Below are positions 60,405 through 63,510 of a stretch of DNA of 63,510 bases, in pieces. The DNA is from a bacterium (GTDB lineage: Bacteria; Patescibacteriota; Minisyncoccia; Phycocordibacterales; UBA2100). The notes beneath the pieces are model-generated. The model worked only from the letters and a program-made list of their open reading frames with translations. It did no database searches and had not been told where the DNA came from. The translations under genes and the position numbers were made by a program. The stretch is from the NCBI GenBank assembly GCA_030674455.1, contig JAUSGQ010000065.1:1-63510 (forward strand), read 5' to 3'. The stretch's first letter is position 1. Each line of letters starts with the position of its first letter.

Positions 60405-60494
60405 TCCCGAGGAGACACCTCCCCGTAGGTGAGAAGTCACCTCGAACAAAATCCACGAGACACCTCCCCCAGGGGTGAGGAGTCACCTCGGGAA
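60405..60494. repeat. structured element with the same arms as 48058-48131
   Basis: TTCCCGAGGAGACACC (60405-60420) pairs with GGAGTCACCTCGGGAA (60479-60494). It contains two ~35-nt direct sub-repeats. Confidence 0.7.
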
Positions 60495-60560
60495 CCGGAC
60501 TCACCTCGGAAATGGAAAAATAACGCCGAAATACGTCTTTTTTCGGAATCCAAAGAGATT

Positions 60561-60598
60561 TTCTGCGTAAATCTGCGTTTGTTCTGCGTAAATCTGCG
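60561..60598 (+). promoter_or_regulatory. direct repeat TTCTGCGTAAATCTGCG x2 (period 21) upstream of the wHTH gene
   Basis: Copies at 60561-60577 and 60582-60598. TAGTAT lies 6 nt before the ATG at 60633. Confidence 0.55.
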
Positions 60599-60632
60599 AG
60601 CCACGATGTGGCTATTGTGGTAGTATCGGCGC

Positions 60633-61268
60633 ATGGGGAAGGACTTTCTTGAGAAATTCATCGGAAATCACACGCGTGCGCAAGTTGTCCGAGTTTTTAT
60701 ATTTGCTCCAAATGAGCGCATGACAGTCGCGCAAGTTGCGAAACGTTCGAGTGTCGGCGCGCCTGCTGTCGGCAAAGAGATAAAAGTTTTGGAGGAAATG
60801 GAGGTCATAGTAAAAGAAAAAAGCCCTAGAGTTCAGAACAAAAAATCTACCAAACGCGGGAAAGGACGTCGTTCCCCTAAACAGGAAATAGCATGGATCC
60901 TCAATCTGCAATTCAAATATTTGCGCGCCCTTTCCTCATTTGTACATGAAGTTTCTCCGATCCGGTACGACAATATTTTGAATGCGCTAAAAACTACCGG
61001 CCGCCTCTCCGTTGTCATAGCGTCCGGTTGCTTGACGGGCGATATCACGCGCCCGGTAGACCTGATAGTTGTGGCAGATAACTTGAACGAGAGCCGACTT
61101 GAGCATGCCATACGGTCGCTTGAACCGCTTTTCGGACGAGAACTACGATATTCGACCTTCGGAACGATGGAATTTACATACCGCCTTACTATTCACGACC
61201 ATCTGCTCCGCGATATTTTGGATTATCCGCATAAGGTTCTGCTTGACCGCGCAGGCGCTCTTAAGTAG
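60633..61268 (+). CDS. hypothetical protein with N-terminal wHTH-like region
   Basis: RAQVVRVFIFAPNERMTVAQVAKRSSVGAPAVGKEIKVLEEMEVI resembles an ArsR/MarR-type wHTH. The C-terminal domain is unassigned. Confidence 0.5.
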   Translation: MGKDFLEKFIGNHTRAQVVRVFIFAPNERMTVAQVAKRSSVGAPAVGKEIKVLEEMEVIVKEKSPRVQNKKSTKRGKGRRSPKQEIAWILNLQFKYLRALSSFVHEVSPIRYDNILNALKTTGRLSVVIASGCLTGDITRPVDLIVVADNLNESRLEHAIRSLEPLFGRELRYSTFGTMEFTYRLTIHDHLLRDILDYPHKVLLDRAGALK

Positions 61269-61417
61269 CAGGAGCAGTACGCAAAAAGTGCCTTTTTTTG
61301 GCTATCCACACACTGGCCGCGAGCCCCCGTTCGCGCCCATTTACGGTGCTATCATTGATGCCATACGAGGTCGAAATCGTTATACGAGTTATTATTAACA
61401 TTTATAAGGCGTAAAAT

Positions 61418-62107
61418 ATGATAGTTACACAATCAGCAAGCGTGGTTCAGACATCGCTGCAGAATCTGTGGTGGGTCGTCGTGCAATTCTTGCCGGCAAT
61501 TCTGGTGGCAGTAGTTGTTTTTGTCATCGGCTGGGTAGTCGGCATTATTCTGTATCGCGTAGTCGAACAGATAGTAAAGGTATTGCGCATTGACGACGCT
61601 CTGAAAGCGACCGGCGTCAATGAAGCCGCGAAAAGCGCGGGCTTCAATTTGGATATCGGCCGTTTTCTGGCCACGTTGGTCAAGTGGTTCATAGTAATCG
61701 TATTCCTGATGGCGTCCCTCGATATTCTGGGCCTCAGTCGGGTTACCATATTCCTGCAGCAGGTGGTTTTGCTATATCTCCCGCAGGTAATCGTTGCGGT
61801 AATTATCCTCATCATCACGGCAATTGTCGCAGAGGTGGTAAGAAATTTGGTTTCTACTTCCGCTCGCGCTACGGGCGCGCACGCGGCGAATCTCGCTGGC
61901 GCGGTGGCCAAGTACGCGATTTGGATTTTCGGCATTCTCGCAGCCTTGAACCAGCTCAATGTCGCGTCTGAATTCGTGACAACCTTGTTCCAAGGATTTG
62001 TGGTTGCATTCGCACTTGCTTTCGGCTTGGCATACGGGCTCGGAGGCAAAGAAGCGGCGGCTCGCACGATAGAGCGCATCCGTTCGGAAATTGCGCACCG
62101 CTCGTAA
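61418..62107 (+). CDS. conserved-TM-helix repeat membrane protein (mechanosensitive-channel-related)
   Basis: Repeated TM helices each followed by an amphipathic segment (LPAILVAVVVFVIGWVVGIILYRVV; LPQVIVAVIILIITAIVAEVV). Confidence 0.6.
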   Translation: MIVTQSASVVQTSLQNLWWVVVQFLPAILVAVVVFVIGWVVGIILYRVVEQIVKVLRIDDALKATGVNEAAKSAGFNLDIGRFLATLVKWFIVIVFLMASLDILGLSRVTIFLQQVVLLYLPQVIVAVIILIITAIVAEVVRNLVSTSARATGAHAANLAGAVAKYAIWIFGILAALNQLNVASEFVTTLFQGFVVAFALAFGLAYGLGGKEAAARTIERIRSEIAHRS

Positions 62108-62200
62108 TTGTTTCTTCAGAAATAATTTCGAAGAAACGCGCCCCTACGGGGCGCGTTTCTTTTGCTACACCTCAATGTGCTAACGGGGTACAATGTTCCA

Positions 62201-62893
62201 ATGCAATGCGTAATTCTTGCGGCGGGGAAAGGAACCCGAATGGGGGACTTGTCGAAAACGCTACCCAAGCCGCTTTTGGAAGTGTCCGGAAAAACTCTGC
62301 TTGAACATAAATTTGACGTGTTGCCGGAGGAGGTGGATGAAATTGTTTTAGTCGTTGGCTATTTGGGAAACCTGATACGCGAACGATACGGCGAAAATTA
62401 CAAAGGAAAGAAAATATCATACGCCGAGCAGGGCTCTATCAATGGCACGGCTGGAGCATTGTGGAGCGCTCGCGAAATTCTACGGGACAAGTTTATCGTC
62501 ATGATGGGTGATGATTTATACGGGAAGCGCGACGTAGGGCGCGCGTGCAAAAGCAGTACATGGCTCATCTTTGCAATGGAGCTTTCAGAACCGCGCGGCG
62601 GGAAAATACTCGCGAGCGGCGGCAAAGTCGAAGACATCATTGAAAGCGACGAACACAACTCGCCAGGACTTGTTTCGACAAATTTGTTCTCCTTGGATGT
62701 TCGGCTTTTCGAACATGAAATGGTTCCAAAAAGCGAGGGCTCCGCAGAATTCGGTCTTCCGCAAACGGTTCTCGCGGCCTCCCGTAAATCCGGAATATCT
62801 CTTGAACTCGTCCAAACCAATAGCTGGATACAAATTTCGTCTCCGGAAGACCTCGAATATGCAGAGAAAGTCATCGGGAATTTCGATGTTTAA
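62201..62893 (+). CDS. sugar-phosphate nucleotidyltransferase
   Basis: MQCVILAAGKGTRMGDLSKTLPKPLLEV is the G-x-G-T-R-x signature. The ATG at 62201 is preferred over the track TTG at 62162. Confidence 0.8.
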   Translation: MQCVILAAGKGTRMGDLSKTLPKPLLEVSGKTLLEHKFDVLPEEVDEIVLVVGYLGNLIRERYGENYKGKKISYAEQGSINGTAGALWSAREILRDKFIVMMGDDLYGKRDVGRACKSSTWLIFAMELSEPRGGKILASGGKVEDIIESDEHNSPGLVSTNLFSLDVRLFEHEMVPKSEGSAEFGLPQTVLAASRKSGISLELVQTNSWIQISSPEDLEYAEKVIGNFDV

Positions 62894-62978
62894 TCTGCAT
62901 ATTGGTCATGAAATTGGCATGAAATCGGTTAGACCGATTTCCAATCGGGTTATCCACGAAAGATGGCGTTAACACTGG

Positions 62979-63007
62979 TTGACACACAATAGCGCGTCCG
63001 CTATACT
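62979..63007 (+). promoter_or_regulatory. sigma70-type promoter (TTGACA, 17 nt, TATACT)
   Basis: TTGACA at 62979-62984, an exact 17-nt spacer, and TATACT at 63002-63007. It lies about 370 nt upstream of the 23S 5' end. Confidence 0.6.
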
Positions 63008-63081
63008 CTTCATCACATATGGTAATCACTTCAAGTCTCCCAAAAGTGGCGTAGGTAGCCAGCCAAAAGCTGCGCAACCCA

Positions 63082-63103
63082 TGCCGCTCTTAAGCGGCTT
63101 TTT
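63082..63103 (+). terminator. GCCGCT cttA AGCGGC hairpin plus T6 (terminator-like, contains a boxA-like GCTCTTAA)
   Basis: Stem at 63082-63097 and T run at 63098-63103. Confidence 0.45.
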
Positions 63104-63375
63104 TGATGTCTATATGCATTGTCCTTCGAAGCCCTCGCGAAGAAGGAGTGCTCGTTGAAAACTGAAGAGCGACAAAAAAGAACCCGCCGTCGCGTAAAGC
63201 TATGGCGGGCGAAGAAGAATTCAAACAAAAGTGTTGATGCGGTTTCGACTGCATCAGCGCAGGAACTCATACCGTATCGTCTACGGTATGGGCAACAAAA
63301 ATCCCACACACGTTTGTAGCGTGTGCGGGTAATCCGAACCCGAAGGCAGCGGTGCCTACGGAACGGATTCAACGC

Positions 63376-63510
63376 GGTTCTCAGAATTCCTTACGGGAGT
63401 TCTGAGTAAGGGCGTGCGGTGGATGCCTTGACTCTAAAGGGCGATGAAGGACGCGGCTTAGCTGCGATACGCTTCGGGGAGGTGCTATGCAACCTGCGAT
63501 CCGAAGATTT
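63376..63510 (+). rRNA. rrl: 23S rRNA, 5' end (partial, continues beyond the window)
   Basis: GGTGGATGCCTTGACTCTAAAGGGCGATGAAGGACGCGGCTTAGCTGCGATA matches the conserved 23S 5' domain (E. coli GGTGGATGCCCTGGCAGTCAGAGGCGATGAAGGACGTGCTAATCTGCGATA). The exact 5' end is uncertain (63376-63396). Confidence 0.85.

Noticed and set aside
63010-63103. Candidate SRP RNA, 5S rRNA or tRNA identity for the ~90-nt promoter-to-terminator unit
   Set aside because: It lacks the SRP GGAA-tetraloop/AGCA motif. It shares only CCCATGCCG with 5S and is too short. No cloverleaf can be drawn. It is kept only as an unidentified leader or small-RNA candidate.
63031-63372. ORFs of 113 aa (minus strand) and 66 aa (plus strand, 63119..63319) upstream of the 23S rRNA
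   Set aside because: They lie in a hairpin-rich rRNA leader. The Lys/Arg-rich translations are typical of non-coding sequence, and there is no ribosome-binding context.
1-63510. tRNA genes, a reverse transcriptase/DGR, and integrase or recombinase genes
   Set aside because: I found no cloverleaf-compatible segments with GTTCRANNC T-loops in the intergenic regions. No ORF has YxDD reverse transcriptase motifs or R..H..R..Y recombinase motifs. The only transposition enzyme is the Y1 transposase at 53150.

Overview
This 63.5 kb window comes from a small-genome bacterium. Gene content suggests a CPR/Patescibacteria-like organism, but that is inference only. The supporting features are a reduced set of housekeeping genes, a membrane H+-pyrophosphatase, a type IV pilus/ComEC DNA-uptake set, a four-helix-bundle (rRNA-IVS-type) gene, and a 23S rRNA not preceded by a 16S. 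Housekeeping genes present are rny, clpP, tig, hppA, nusA, tpiA, pgk, recJ, rnhA, rpmB, rpsL, rpsG, fusA, tuf, rpsJ, khpA, trmD, rplJ, rplL and the 5' end of the 23S rRNA. Accessory content includes a three-gene methionine/transsulfuration group and a pilB/pilC operon with three large pilin-like genes. There is also a ComEC split around an antisense superoxide dismutase gene, and two PaaX/Cas2-fold-like regulators bracketed by gene-specific palindromes. A 2262-aa alpha-2-macroglobulin gene converges on pbpC between fusA and tuf. After rpsJ come an AbiEii-type toxin pair, two duplicated secreted-protein cassettes, a YafQ toxin remnant, an IS200-like element and a truncated DDE transposase. Two non-genic signals stand out. 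First, many intercistronic spacers carry arrays with a strict 7-nt period, usually as inverted pairs, and three of these arrays are read through as pilin leaders. Second, short relic copies of the termini of fusA, tuf, rplL and rnhA sit next to the intact genes and differ from them almost only at synonymous codon positions. All protein calls were made by eye from motifs in the supplied translations. No database search was run.
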